Of a stretch of DNA of 39,876 bases, positions 8,669 to 18,233 are shown one piece after another. The notes beneath the pieces are model-generated. The model saw nothing but the letters and a program-made list of their open reading frames with translations, did no database searches and was not told where the DNA came from. Position 1 is the stretch's first letter. The number at the start of each line of letters is the position of its first letter. Position numbers and translations under genes: made by a program. The stretch covers positions 1 to 39,876 of the forward strand of contig JBFWJN010000001.1 of NCBI GenBank assembly GCA_050253185.1, read 5' to 3'. The stretch is from Kiritimatiellales bacterium. Its GTDB lineage: Bacteria > Verrucomicrobiota > Kiritimatiellia > Kiritimatiellales > Tichowtungiaceae.

Positions 8669-10012
8669 TTAGACGGCCAGATCTTCCGTCTCGCCGCGTT
8701 TCTTTTTCGGTTGTTTTGGCGACGGGAGGAACAGCGCCATGCCAAACGTCAGCGGGCCGAGCCGTCCGAGGAACATCAGAGCGATAATGATCAGTTTGCC
8801 GACGGGTGTGAGCGCGGCGGTGATCCCGGTGCTGAGTCCGACCGTACCGAGGGCCGAGGCGGCTTCGAACAGCAGTTTCTCAAATGATGCGTTCTGAGTC
8901 AGCGCGAGCAGATAACAGCCGGTGATCAGCGATATGACATAGAAGCCAAGGCTGGCCACGGCCACCCGTACCCGCTCGACCGGAATCGCCCGGCCCCAGA
9001 ACAGAACATCTTTTTTGCCGGAAATGACGCTTTTTATAACGCCGAGAAGAGCGGTGAACGTGGTGGTTTTCAGTCCGCCACCGGTACCGGACGGAGAGGC
9101 TCCGATGACCATCAGCAGAATAATCAGGAACAGCGAGGCAGAGGATAACCCGCCGATGGGGATGGTATTAAAGCCTACCGTTGTGATGGATGTCATCACC
9201 TGAAAAACCGCCGCGACAAGCCGTTTGCTAACGGGCAGCTGCTGGATTGAGGGTTCCCCGATGAAAAAGAGCGAGATTCCGATGATGCTGATCCAAATGG
9301 TTGTTCCTAGAATGACTTTGGTCGTCAGCGTGATCGCGGAGGTTTTGCCGGTGATGCGGTGCCAGACATCGAGGAAGACGATGAATCCAATGGCACCCAT
9401 GTAACTCAAGATGCCTAGAATGATATTGCAGGCGGTGTTATCGCGAAGAGCTTCAAAGCTGCTGTCGTACAGACTGAAGCCCGCCGTGCAGAAGGCGGAG
9501 ATGCTGTGGAAAACCGCCGACCAGACCGGCTGCTGAAGTCCCGCTTTGGCGAAGACGAAAAACAGTGCCAATGCACCGAGGGTCTCAGTGATCAGGGTGA
9601 AGGCGATGACGTGTTTGATGAACGTGCTGATATGAAAACCGTCCGGCAGACTGAAAACGGATGAACTGATCTGCTGACGCCGCTCGGAAAGCCTTTTACT
9701 GGAGGAGAGAGTGACAAACGAACCGAACGTCATATAGCCGATCCCGCCGAGTTGAATCAGCACCAGAATAATGATCTGGCCAATGAAATTAAAATCGTTG
9801 CCTGTGCTGACCGTGACCAGACCGGTGGTTGAAACCGCCGAGGCGGAAGTGAACAGGGCGTTCAGGCCGGAGACCGAGCCGGCGTGATGCGTAAAGGGCA
9901 TCCAAAGCAAAAGCCCCCCAATAATAACATAGGAGAGATAGCCCAGTGCGACAAAGCGCACGGGGTGCATGGTTTCCATAAAGCGAGTCAGCCCGATCCA
10001 GAAAGCTTTCAT
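8669..10012 (-). CDS. Second KtrB/TrkH-family cation transporter subunit
   Basis: SAVSTTGL, SAFCTAGF, SITTVGF, SALGTVGLS, SGTGGGLK and MFLGRLGPLT motifs. Confidence 0.92.
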   Translation of the reverse strand: MKAFWIGLTRFMETMHPVRFVALGYLSYVIIGGLLLWMPFTHHAGSVSGLNALFTSASAVSTTGLVTVSTGNDFNFIGQIIILVLIQLGGIGYMTFGSFVTLSSSKRLSERRQQISSSVFSLPDGFHISTFIKHVIAFTLITETLGALALFFVFAKAGLQQPVWSAVFHSISAFCTAGFSLYDSSFEALRDNTACNIILGILSYMGAIGFIVFLDVWHRITGKTSAITLTTKVILGTTIWISIIGISLFFIGEPSIQQLPVSKRLVAAVFQVMTSITTVGFNTIPIGGLSSASLFLIILLMVIGASPSGTGGGLKTTTFTALLGVIKSVISGKKDVLFWGRAIPVERVRVAVASLGFYVISLITGCYLLALTQNASFEKLLFEAASALGTVGLSTGITAALTPVGKLIIIALMFLGRLGPLTFGMALFLPSPKQPKKKRGETEDLAV

Positions 10013-10092
10013 AGGAGTCCCTTTTAAAGCGCGGGACTATAGGCCTCTGCCCGTTTGTTGGCAACCCCCGCGCCACGAAAAACGAAGGCGGA

Positions 10093-10109
10093 TTTTCCAA
10101 TCACTGGAA
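10093..10109. repeat. TTCCAR-NSN-YTGGAA palindrome, in divergent intergenic region
   Basis: TTTTCCAATCACTGGAA between the second ktrB and the response regulator. Confidence 0.85.
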
Positions 10110-10152
10110 GGAGTTGAGTTCGTTGTATAATGAGCTTAAAGTGCAACAGATA

Positions 10153-11514
10153 ATGACAACAAACAGTGATAGCGAATCCGCCCGCCTGAATGTGCTTGTT
10201 GTAGACGACGAGGCAAACATCCGCAAGACGCTCCGGGTCTGTCTGGAGTCGCGTGGGCATCGGGTAACCTCTGTCAGCAATCCGGACGATGCACGGGCGG
10301 AAGCGGATCGGCAGGTTTACGATCTGGCGTTTGTGGATTTGCGGCTGGGAACGGAAAACGGTCTGGACTTGATTCCGGCTCTTCTCGGCGCATGTCCCTG
10401 GATTCGGATCGTGGTGATTACAGCCTATGCGTCGGTCGATACCGCAGTGGAAGCCATGCGGCGCGGAGCGACGGATTACATCCCGAAACCCTTTACTCCG
10501 AAACAGGTGGATCTCGTTACAGAACGTGTGGCGCGGGTGCGGAATATGGAACAGCGCATTGCCACCTTGAAAGAGGACTTGAAGCGACAACATCCGGAAG
10601 TTTCGTTCACGTCCCGGCACGCCGGAATGCAGCGGGCCGTTGAGTTGGCGCGGCAGGTGGCGGCATCGGAAGCGGTCGTTTTGCTGCGCGGGCCAAGCGG
10701 TACGGGAAAAACTGTTTTAGCGCGTTCGATTCACGGCTGGAGCCGCAGGGCGGAAAAGCCGTTCATCACCGTTTCGTGCCCTTCACTCAGTGCGGAACTT
10801 CTCGAAAGTGAACTGTTCGGGCACGTGAAAGGCGCCTTCACCGGCGCGCTGCGCGACAATCCCGGGCGGGTCGCCGCCTGTGACGGCGGCACTCTGTTTC
10901 TGGACGAAATCGGCGACCTGCCGCTTTCGATTCAATCCAAACTTCTACGGTTCATTCAGGAGCGCGAATACGAGCGCGTGGGCGACCATCAGACCCGCAA
11001 GGCCGACGTCCGCATCCTTGCCGCCACAAACACCAATCTGGAAAACGCGGTCAAGGAAGGCCGCTTCCGGGAAGACCTGTACTACCGGCTGAACGTCATA
11101 CAGGTCGATCTGCCCGCGCTGGCGGATCGCCCGGACGATGTGGAGATTCTGAGCAAAGAGATGCTGGATTTCTTCGGTGCACAAAACCACAAGGTGTTCA
11201 AGGGCTTCAGCGAAGAGGCCATGAATGCGCTGCGACATTATTCATGGCCGGGAAATATCCGGGAACTGCGCAACGCCGTTGAGCGGGCCGCCATCCTGTG
11301 TGCAACCGATCGGATTGGAATCGAGCACCTGCCGGAATCAATTATTCCGCAAACGAATTCCGTCCAGTTGGGAGATCATGCCGCTCTGGGCGTGATTGAA
11401 GAGACCCACATACGTCGCGTTATCGCCTCCGCCGGTTCCCTGCAGGACGCGGCGGACATTCTCGGCATCGATCAGGCCACTCTCTGGCGCAAACGAAAAC
11501 AATACGGCATCTGA
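10153..11514 (+). CDS. Sigma54-dependent response regulator (NtrC/AlgB-like: receiver, AAA+, Fis HTH)
   Basis: VLVVDDE, FVDLRL, KPF receiver; [40 protein letters not shown]; [18 protein letters not shown]. Start placed at ATG 10153. Confidence 0.93.
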   Translation: MTTNSDSESARLNVLVVDDEANIRKTLRVCLESRGHRVTSVSNPDDARAEADRQVYDLAFVDLRLGTENGLDLIPALLGACPWIRIVVITAYASVDTAVEAMRRGATDYIPKPFTPKQVDLVTERVARVRNMEQRIATLKEDLKRQHPEVSFTSRHAGMQRAVELARQVAASEAVVLLRGPSGTGKTVLARSIHGWSRRAEKPFITVSCPSLSAELLESELFGHVKGAFTGALRDNPGRVAACDGGTLFLDEIGDLPLSIQSKLLRFIQEREYERVGDHQTRKADVRILAATNTNLENAVKEGRFREDLYYRLNVIQVDLPALADRPDDVEILSKEMLDFFGAQNHKVFKGFSEEAMNALRHYSWPGNIRELRNAVERAAILCATDRIGIEHLPESIIPQTNSVQLGDHAALGVIEETHIRRVIASAGSLQDAADILGIDQATLWRKRKQYGI

Positions 11515-11550
11515 CCTGCGCCGTACCGCAAGAGCCCACAGAACCCAAAA

Positions 11551-11598
11551 TTCCAATAGCCGGAAAATTTCTCTCCGTTTTTCCAATGTTTGGAAAAA
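11551..11598. repeat. One degenerate and one perfect palindrome, centres 30 bp apart
   Basis: TTCCAATAGCCGGAA (centre 11558, degenerate) and TTTTTCCAATGTTTGGAAAAA (centre 11588). Confidence 0.85.
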
Positions 11599-11644
11599 CT
11601 TTGCTTCTGCAGCGCTTGCCCGCCGCGCCGTTCCGGCTATACGA

Positions 11645-11761
11645 CCTTGCAAAATGCAGGGTTGATTTATTCCTTCCTTGTATACCTCAAGGGGTTTTCC
11701 CGGAGCGTGATTCATAACCTGTTGATTTGCAACGCATCGAACTCTTGGCATAGATACCGCT
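11645..11761 (+). promoter_or_regulatory. Putative sigma54 promoter region for the kinase-kdp operon: UAS-like repeat, IHF site, -24/-12
   Basis: TGG-CATAGATACC-GCT (GG-N10-GC) at 11746-11761; minus-strand AATCAACAGGTTA at 11715-11727 matches the IHF consensus WATCAANNNNTTR; TGCA-AAA-TGCA inverted repeat within 11645-11660; adjacent gene encodes a GAFTGA activator. Confidence 0.7.
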
Positions 11762-11815
11762 AATGTTGCTGCGGAATTTGAAGAAGTACGCATGGATGCA
11801 GAAAGGGGCAAACAA

Positions 11816-13669
11816 ATGATCGGAATCAGACAAAAACTTATGCTGGGATTCGGCGGACTGCTTGCGGTTGTGGCGGTGATCGGTGTGCTGACGATGGCGC
11901 AAATCAACGATCTCGGGAATGCCATTGATGTGATTCTCAGAGAAAACTATCGCAGTGTGGTGGCCTGTCAGGACATGAAGGAGTCGCTGGAACGCATGGA
12001 CAGCGGCATCTTGTACACTCTCTCCGGCAGGGAAGCCGAGGGGGATCGCTTAATCGATCAGTACGATTCTGTTTTTCTTGCCGCACTCGATGTGGAGCTG
12101 GGGAACATCACGCTTTCCGGCGAAGGCGAAAAAGTACAGCGAATCCGAATGCTGTTTGATCAATACACGAATGCGATTCCCGGCATAACGCAATCCGCGC
12201 ATTCTCCGGAAGCGCGGCAGACCGCTTACTTTTCCACCCTGCAACCGCTGTTTCAGGAGATCAAGGGGTTGGCGCAGGATATTCTGCTCATGAACCAGAA
12301 AAATATGAGCGATGCAAACGATGTCGCCCGGCGCCGCGCGGCCGTTGCCCATCGTCGCATGCTGCTGGCCATTACGGTTTCGGCGATTCTGGCGCTTTTG
12401 TTCAGTTATCTTGCTCACAGATGGATTCTGCACCCGATTCGACAACTGATGGAATCAACGAACGAAATTCGCAACGGAAATCTCGATCTGGTGCTGAGAG
12501 CGCAATCCAACGATGAAATCGGGCGGCTTTCGGAATCCTTTAACGAAATGGCCGCCGCGCTGAGGGACGTGCGCAAGAAAGATAAAATCAATCTGATGCG
12601 GACTCAACGGGCGACGGAAGAAGTATTCAAAGCGCTTCCCGCCGCAATCGCCGTTCTTGATCTGGATGGAAAGGTCAAGTTTGCAACTGAAACCGCCGAC
12701 CGGCATTTCGGACTGAAACCGGACGTTCTTGTCAGCGATCTGGGGTACAAGTGGCTGGCTCCTTTGATTCAGGAAGCGCTGGATGAGGATCGTATTGTCG
12801 AACGCGATCCCCAAAGCGGTTACGTCCAGCAGTTTGTTGACAACTGCGAGTATTTCTTCCAGCCGACGGCCCTTCCGATCCCTGCCGGCCCCGAACATCG
12901 GGAGCCGACGGGCGTGGCGCTGATTCTGAAAGATGTTACGCAGATTCAGGAGCAGCAGGAAATGAAACATGGCGTAGTCGCCACGGTTTCGCATCAGCTA
13001 AAAACACCGCTGACGTCGCTGCGGATGTCCCTCCATCTCCTGCTGGAGGAGAAGACAGGTTCGCTCACTGAAAAACAGACGGAACTGCTGGTGGCGGCCC
13101 GGGACGACAGCGAGCGCCTGGTCAGCATTCTTGATAATCTGCTCGACCTCAACCGCATCGGATCAGGCAAGTCACAGTTGTCTCTGAAGCCTGCTTCCCC
13201 GCAGGCGTTTGTTCGGGATGCCATCGAACCTTTCCTCATGGAGGCCAAAGACAAAGGCCTGACATTGATGAATACCGTTTCGGCAGATTTGCCCGACGTT
13301 ATGGCGGACGAAGAAAAAATCCGCCACGTGTTTGCCAACCTGCTTTCAAACGCCATGCGGTTCACTGGCCCCGGAGGGTCGGTGACTGTCGGCGCTTCCT
13401 GTGAGGCAGATCAAGTGACGTTCTCTGTCGAAGATACCGGAGCGGGCATTTCCTCCGACTGCCTGAGTCGTCTGTTCGAACCGTTTTATCGCGTACCCGG
13501 GCAGGATAAGAAAACCGGCGTCGGTTTGGGGTTGGCGATCCTGAAGGAAATTGTTCAGGCGCACGGCGGAGAGGTCAGCGTGGAAAGCGAACCCGGCAAA
13601 GGATCGACGTTCCGTTTCACGCTACCTCTCGTAAAGGATTCAACGGAACAACAAGGAGGTAAAGTATGA
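11816..13669 (+). CDS. Membrane sensor histidine kinase (periplasmic helical sensor, HAMP, PAS, HisKA, HATPase; KinB-like layout)
   Basis: Two TM helices, DEIGRLSESFNEMA HAMP, VSHQLKTPLTS H-box, NLLSNAMRF, VEDTGAGI, GVGLGLAI, GKGSTF. Start placed at ATG 11816. Confidence 0.93.
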   Translation: MIGIRQKLMLGFGGLLAVVAVIGVLTMAQINDLGNAIDVILRENYRSVVACQDMKESLERMDSGILYTLSGREAEGDRLIDQYDSVFLAALDVELGNITLSGEGEKVQRIRMLFDQYTNAIPGITQSAHSPEARQTAYFSTLQPLFQEIKGLAQDILLMNQKNMSDANDVARRRAAVAHRRMLLAITVSAILALLFSYLAHRWILHPIRQLMESTNEIRNGNLDLVLRAQSNDEIGRLSESFNEMAAALRDVRKKDKINLMRTQRATEEVFKALPAAIAVLDLDGKVKFATETADRHFGLKPDVLVSDLGYKWLAPLIQEALDEDRIVERDPQSGYVQQFVDNCEYFFQPTALPIPAGPEHREPTGVALILKDVTQIQEQQEMKHGVVATVSHQLKTPLTSLRMSLHLLLEEKTGSLTEKQTELLVAARDDSERLVSILDNLLDLNRIGSGKSQLSLKPASPQAFVRDAIEPFLMEAKDKGLTLMNTVSADLPDVMADEEKIRHVFANLLSNAMRFTGPGGSVTVGASCEADQVTFSVEDTGAGISSDCLSRLFEPFYRVPGQDKKTGVGLGLAILKEIVQAHGGEVSVESEPGKGSTFRFTLPLVKDSTEQQGGKV

Positions 13670-13749
13670 TGCTGATTGTGTATCTCATTTTCGGCTTGAT
13701 CATTTTCATTGCGTTGGCGGCTCTGACAGCGGCCTGTGACAAAATATAG
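13666..13749 (+). CDS. 27-aa hydrophobic peptide upstream of kdpF (kdp accessory peptide)
   Basis: MMLIVYLIFGLIIFIALAALTAACDKI*; strong AAGGAGGT Shine-Dalgarno; ATGA overlap with the kinase stop; too short for the ORF track. Confidence 0.75.
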   Translation: MMLIVYLIFGLIIFIALAALTAACDKI

Positions 13750-13758
13750 GAGACGACG

Positions 13759-13839
13759 ATGCTTTATATTGCAGCAATTGCCTTGATGTTGTGCACGGTC
13801 TATCTCGTGTACGTCCTTATAAAACCGGAACACTTTTAA
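13759..13839 (+). CDS. kdpF: K+-transporting ATPase subunit F
   Basis: MLYIAAIALMLCTVYLVYVLIKPEHF* has the YLxYxLxxPExF signature; AGGAG Shine-Dalgarno; directly before kdpA. Confidence 0.9.
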   Translation: MLYIAAIALMLCTVYLVYVLIKPEHF

Positions 13840-13851
13840 CGGAGAAAAACG

Positions 13852-15528
13852 ATGGCGATTTTATTTATTACCCTCATTCTGGGAGGCACCGCTCTGCTTT
13901 CATGGCCCCTTGGAAAAGCCATGATGTGGGCGATGAGTTCTCCCGCAAAAGAGAACGGATTCCGGCACGGCATGGAATCGGTTTTCCGGACGCTGGGCGG
14001 ACGGCGGATCGCGGCGGAACAGAACTGGAAGCAGTACACGCTTTCCATGCTTTTCTTCAACGCCGTGATGTTCATTATCGTCTACGCGATTTTGGCGCTA
14101 CAGCAATTGCTGCCGCTGAATCCCGACGGCAAAGGGGTGATCGAACCCAGCCTGATCTTCAACACGGTGGCGTCGTTCACGTCAAACACCAACCTTCAGC
14201 ATTATTCCGGAGAGGTGACGCTCAGTTATTTTTCACAACTCTTCGGCCTGATGTGGCTACAATTCGTATCGGCGGCCACCGGCATCGCCGCGCTGACGGC
14301 TTTGGCCAGAGGGCTCTCGGGCAAAACCGGCTTTGGCAATTTTTACGCCGACCTCATGCGGGCGACTTTTCTCATTCTTCTGCCCTTGGCGACCGTCGGA
14401 GCCGCGATCCTCGTTCTCGGCGGAGTGGTCATGACGCTGGATGGCGCGGCCATTGCGACCACGCTGGAAGGTGCCGTACAGACGATTGCCAGAGGCCCCG
14501 TAGCGGCGTTTGTAACGATCAAGCAGCTCGGAACCAACGGCGGCGGATTCTTCGGCCCCAACTCGACGCACCCGTTTGAAAACGCCACCTTCTTCACCAA
14601 TATCGTTCAGAGCGTGTTCATCATTTTAATTCCAATGGCCTGTGTCTGGATGTTCGGACACATCACCGGCCGGATGCGTCACGCGGCGGTGGTTTTCACC
14701 GTGATGGCGGCGTTACTGGTGACCAAGGTGGGGCTGGCCAGCTTTTTCGAAAGCGCACCAACGGCAGCCTTCGCCGGGCTGCCCGTCGAAACCGCCGGGA
14801 ATCTGGAAGGAAAAGAACTGAGGTTCGGTTCCTCTGCCGGGGCGACGTGGAGTGTCTTAACCACATCCACCAGCAACGGTTCTGTCGATTGTATGCACGA
14901 CAGCCTCAACCCGCTCACCGGACTTCTTCCAATGATTGGAATGTGGTTCAACGTAACCTTCGGGGGAGTCGGCGTCGGCATGATCAACATGTTCCTTTAC
15001 ATCATCGTCGGCGTGTTCATCAGCGGCATGATGGTGGGCCGCACGCCGGAATACTTCGGACGCAAGGTGGATGCCCGCGAAATGAAGTTCGCCCTGCTGG
15101 CGATTCTGATCCATCCCTTTTTCATTCTGGGCGGAACGGCGCTTTTTGCCGCAACGTCATGGGGTGCGTCAACGGTCAACAATCCGGGGTTCCACGGATT
15201 TTCTGAAATTCTTTACGAGTTCAGCTCCGCGGCGGCCAACAACGGGTCGGGCTTTGAGGGGCTTGGTGACAATACCGTGCCATGGAACATCGCGACCGGC
15301 ACCATCATGCTGCTGGCCCGCTTCATCCCGATTATCTTACCGCTGGCGATTGCCGGCTCGCTGGCGGCCAAGAAGCCGACACCGCAAACGACTGGAACGC
15401 TGCATACAGACACTCCGCTTTTCGGACTCGTGATTCTGGGAAGCATTGTGCTGATCGGCGCGCTGCTGTTTGTGCCGGTGGCGGTTCTCGGGCCGGTCGC
15501 AGAACATCTGGCAGCTGCCGGACAGTAA
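13852..15528 (+). CDS. kdpA: K+-transporting ATPase subunit A
   Basis: SFTSNTNLQHYSGE, IKQLGTNGGGFF, TSNGSVDCMHDS, MVGRTPEY, ANNGSGFEGL. Confidence 0.97.
   Translation: MAILFITLILGGTALLSWPLGKAMMWAMSSPAKENGFRHGMESVFRTLGGRRIAAEQNWKQYTLSMLFFNAVMFIIVYAILALQQLLPLNPDGKGVIEPSLIFNTVASFTSNTNLQHYSGEVTLSYFSQLFGLMWLQFVSAATGIAALTALARGLSGKTGFGNFYADLMRATFLILLPLATVGAAILVLGGVVMTLDGAAIATTLEGAVQTIARGPVAAFVTIKQLGTNGGGFFGPNSTHPFENATFFTNIVQSVFIILIPMACVWMFGHITGRMRHAAVVFTVMAALLVTKVGLASFFESAPTAAFAGLPVETAGNLEGKELRFGSSAGATWSVLTTSTSNGSVDCMHDSLNPLTGLLPMIGMWFNVTFGGVGVGMINMFLYIIVGVFISGMMVGRTPEYFGRKVDAREMKFALLAILIHPFFILGGTALFAATSWGASTVNNPGFHGFSEILYEFSSAAANNGSGFEGLGDNTVPWNIATGTIMLLARFIPIILPLAIAGSLAAKKPTPQTTGTLHTDTPLFGLVILGSIVLIGALLFVPVAVLGPVAEHLAAAGQ
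14927..14941. repeat. TTCCAR-NSN-YTGGAA palindrome core, inside kdpA
   Basis: TTCCAATGATTGGAA; encodes LPMIG within a conserved KdpA segment. Confidence 0.75.
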
Positions 15529-15555
15529 AAAAATCGGATTGCAGGAGAAAACAAT

Positions 15556-17634
15556 ATGAACGCAAAGAATGAAAATTTCGAACAGGAAAAACTGCAGCGC
15601 CGGAAAACCCGCCGCGCCTCGCTGTTCCAGAAAGACCTGGTCATGATCGCCGCAAAACAAAGCGGGATCATGCTGAACCCGAAAAGCATGGCCGGGAATC
15701 CCGTCATGTTTGTTACGGAAATCGGTGCCGTCCTGACGACGCTTGTGCTGAGTCTTGATCTGATGCAGCACCGCGAAAGCTGGGCCTACACCCTTGCCGT
15801 GACGGTGATTCTATGGCTGACCGTTCTCTTCGCCAATTTTGCGGAAGCGCTGGCGGAGGCGCGCGGCAAGGCGCAGGCGGACACCCTGAAGCGAACCCGC
15901 AAAACGACCATGGCCTGCCGGGTGACCGATCAAAAAGAAGAACAGGTCGGCTCCGACGAATTGCGGGAAGGCGATATCGTGCGGGTGGCCGCCGGAGAGG
16001 TCATCCCCGGAGACGGCGAGGTGATCGAAGGTGCCGCGAGTGTCGATGAATCCGCCATCACCGGCGAATCCGCTCCGGTTGTGCGCGAAGCAGGCGGCGA
16101 CCGGTCGGGCGTTACCGGCGGTACGCGCGTCCTGTCAGATCAAATCAAAATCCGCATTACGGCCGGAGCCGGCGAATCGTTTTTGGATCGCATGATCGAA
16201 CTGGTCGAGGGGGCCGTTAGGCAGAAAACGCCAAACGAGCTGGCGCTGACCGTGACGCTGGCCGGTCTGACGCTGGCCTTTCTCATGGTGACCGGTTCGC
16301 TCTGGCCGATCGGCCGTTACTTCGGCATCGAACTGCCGATTCCGACCTTGATCGCTCTGCTGGTCTGCCTGATTCCAACAACCATCGGCGCGCTGCTCGC
16401 CGCCATCGGTTTGGCGGGGATGGATCACGCCCTTTCGGCCAATGTGCTGGCGAAAAGCGGAAAAGCCGTCGAGCTGGCCGGCGACATCGACACCTTGCTT
16501 TTGGACAAGACGGGCACCATTACCATGGGGAACCGGCAGGCGACCGGATATCACCCGCTGAAGGGCGTGACAAAAGAGCAGCTCGCCGGGACGGCCATGT
16601 GCGCATCCTTCGGGGATCCGACGCCCGAGGGAAAATCCATCGTGAAGCTTGGCGAAACGACCCTCGGAGCCAATGCGCCCGCTGAAACGCCGGACGGCAA
16701 AATCATTCCGTTTACCGCGCAGTCCCGGCTGAGCGGCTTGGATCTTCCCGACGGGCATTCGTATCGCAAGGGAGCATCAGACGCCATTCAGGCGTACGCC
16801 CGGGAACAGGGGGCTTCAGTTTCCCCGGAACTGCAGGAGCTGGTGGATCGTGTCGCCCGCGAAGGCAGCACGCCCATTGTTGTCGCCGACGGCAAAAACA
16901 TTCTGGGCGTCGTCGCGCTTTCGGACGTGCTGAAGCCGGGCATCCGGGACCGCTTTGAACGTCTGCGGGCCATGGGTCTGCGTGTTGTTATGGTGACCGG
17001 AGACAACCCGCTCACGGCTGCCGCCATTGCTGAACAGGCCGGTGTGGATGATTACATCGCCGAAGCCAGACCGGAGGACAAGCTGGAGTATATCCGCAAA
17101 GAACAGCGGGCAGGGCGGCTCCTCGCCATGATGGGCGACGGCACCAACGACGCTCCTGCACTGGCTCAGGCGGATATCGGCGTGGCGATGAACTCGGGCA
17201 CTCAGGCGGCCAAGGAAGCCGGCAATATGGTTGATTTGGACAGCGACCCGACCAAGCTCATCGAAGTCATCGAAATCGGCAAACAGCTGCTCATGACCCG
17301 CGGGGCCCTGACAACCTTTTCCATCGCCAATGATGTCGCCAAATACTTTGCCATCATTCCGGCCATGTTCATGCTGGCGATCCCGCAGCTTGCGGCTCTC
17401 AACATCATGGGCCTGGCCACGCCCCGGAGCGCGATTCTTTCGGCGCTGATTTTCAACGCCATCATCATTCCGCTGTTGATTCCGGTCGCCATCAAAGGGG
17501 TGAAATACCGGCCGATGGGCGCGGACAGCATTCTGCGGCGCAACCTGCTGATCTACGGACTGGGTGGTGTGATTGCTCCGTTCATCGGCATCAAACTGAT
17601 TGACATGGCATTGAGTACAACCGGCATTTTTTAG
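15556..17634 (+). CDS. kdpB: K+-transporting P-type ATPase subunit B
   Basis: [22 protein letters not shown] phosphorylation site, [27 protein letters not shown]. Confidence 0.98.
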   Translation: MNAKNENFEQEKLQRRKTRRASLFQKDLVMIAAKQSGIMLNPKSMAGNPVMFVTEIGAVLTTLVLSLDLMQHRESWAYTLAVTVILWLTVLFANFAEALAEARGKAQADTLKRTRKTTMACRVTDQKEEQVGSDELREGDIVRVAAGEVIPGDGEVIEGAASVDESAITGESAPVVREAGGDRSGVTGGTRVLSDQIKIRITAGAGESFLDRMIELVEGAVRQKTPNELALTVTLAGLTLAFLMVTGSLWPIGRYFGIELPIPTLIALLVCLIPTTIGALLAAIGLAGMDHALSANVLAKSGKAVELAGDIDTLLLDKTGTITMGNRQATGYHPLKGVTKEQLAGTAMCASFGDPTPEGKSIVKLGETTLGANAPAETPDGKIIPFTAQSRLSGLDLPDGHSYRKGASDAIQAYAREQGASVSPELQELVDRVAREGSTPIVVADGKNILGVVALSDVLKPGIRDRFERLRAMGLRVVMVTGDNPLTAAAIAEQAGVDDYIAEARPEDKLEYIRKEQRAGRLLAMMGDGTNDAPALAQADIGVAMNSGTQAAKEAGNMVDLDSDPTKLIEVIEIGKQLLMTRGALTTFSIANDVAKYFAIIPAMFMLAIPQLAALNIMGLATPRSAILSALIFNAIIIPLLIPVAIKGVKYRPMGADSILRRNLLIYGLGGVIAPFIGIKLIDMALSTTGIF

Positions 17635-17644
17635 GAGGTTTTTT

Positions 17645-18232
17645 ATGAACAACGCAATGGGAGAAAACAGTTTTTTTGATCAAATCGTCACATCGATCCG
17701 GATCGTGTTCGCCACGATGGTCATTTGCTGCCTGCTTTATACCCTGCTGATTCTGGGGATCGGGCAGGCGCTGACGCCCCATACGGCGAACGGATCGCTG
17801 ATCCGCAACGGACAGGGTGAAATCGTCGGCAGCGAATCCCTCGCTCAGGGATTCTCCCGCCCCGACTATTTCTGGCCCAGACCTTCGGCCGTCGATTACA
17901 ACGCTGCGGCAACGGGCGGCAGCAACCTGTCGCCTGCAAACCCCGCGCTTCGGGAACGGGCGCAGCAGATCCTTCTGCAATTCGGAGAAGCCGCTGGCGA
18001 AAAGATCCCGCCGGATCTGGTCACGGCCTCCGGCAGCGGAATGGATCCGCACATTACCCTGAAAGCCGCGGAATATCAGGCGAAGCGGGTTGCTTTGGCG
18101 CGCGGCCTGCCGCTGAAGACGGTTTTATCTCTGCTTGATAAACAGACCCGAAAAAGCGGAGGATTTCTGACGCCGCAGCCGGTGGTGAATGTCTTACGTT
18201 TGAATATGGAGCTGGACAGATTGGGTCAATAA
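17645..18232 (+). CDS. kdpC: K+-transporting ATPase subunit C
   Basis: ANGSLI, YFWPRPSA, GGSNL, DLVTASGSGMDPHI, VNVLRLNMELD. Confidence 0.96.
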   Translation: MNNAMGENSFFDQIVTSIRIVFATMVICCLLYTLLILGIGQALTPHTANGSLIRNGQGEIVGSESLAQGFSRPDYFWPRPSAVDYNAAATGGSNLSPANPALRERAQQILLQFGEAAGEKIPPDLVTASGSGMDPHITLKAAEYQAKRVALARGLPLKTVLSLLDKQTRKSGGFLTPQPVVNVLRLNMELDRLGQ

Positions 18233-18233
18233 A

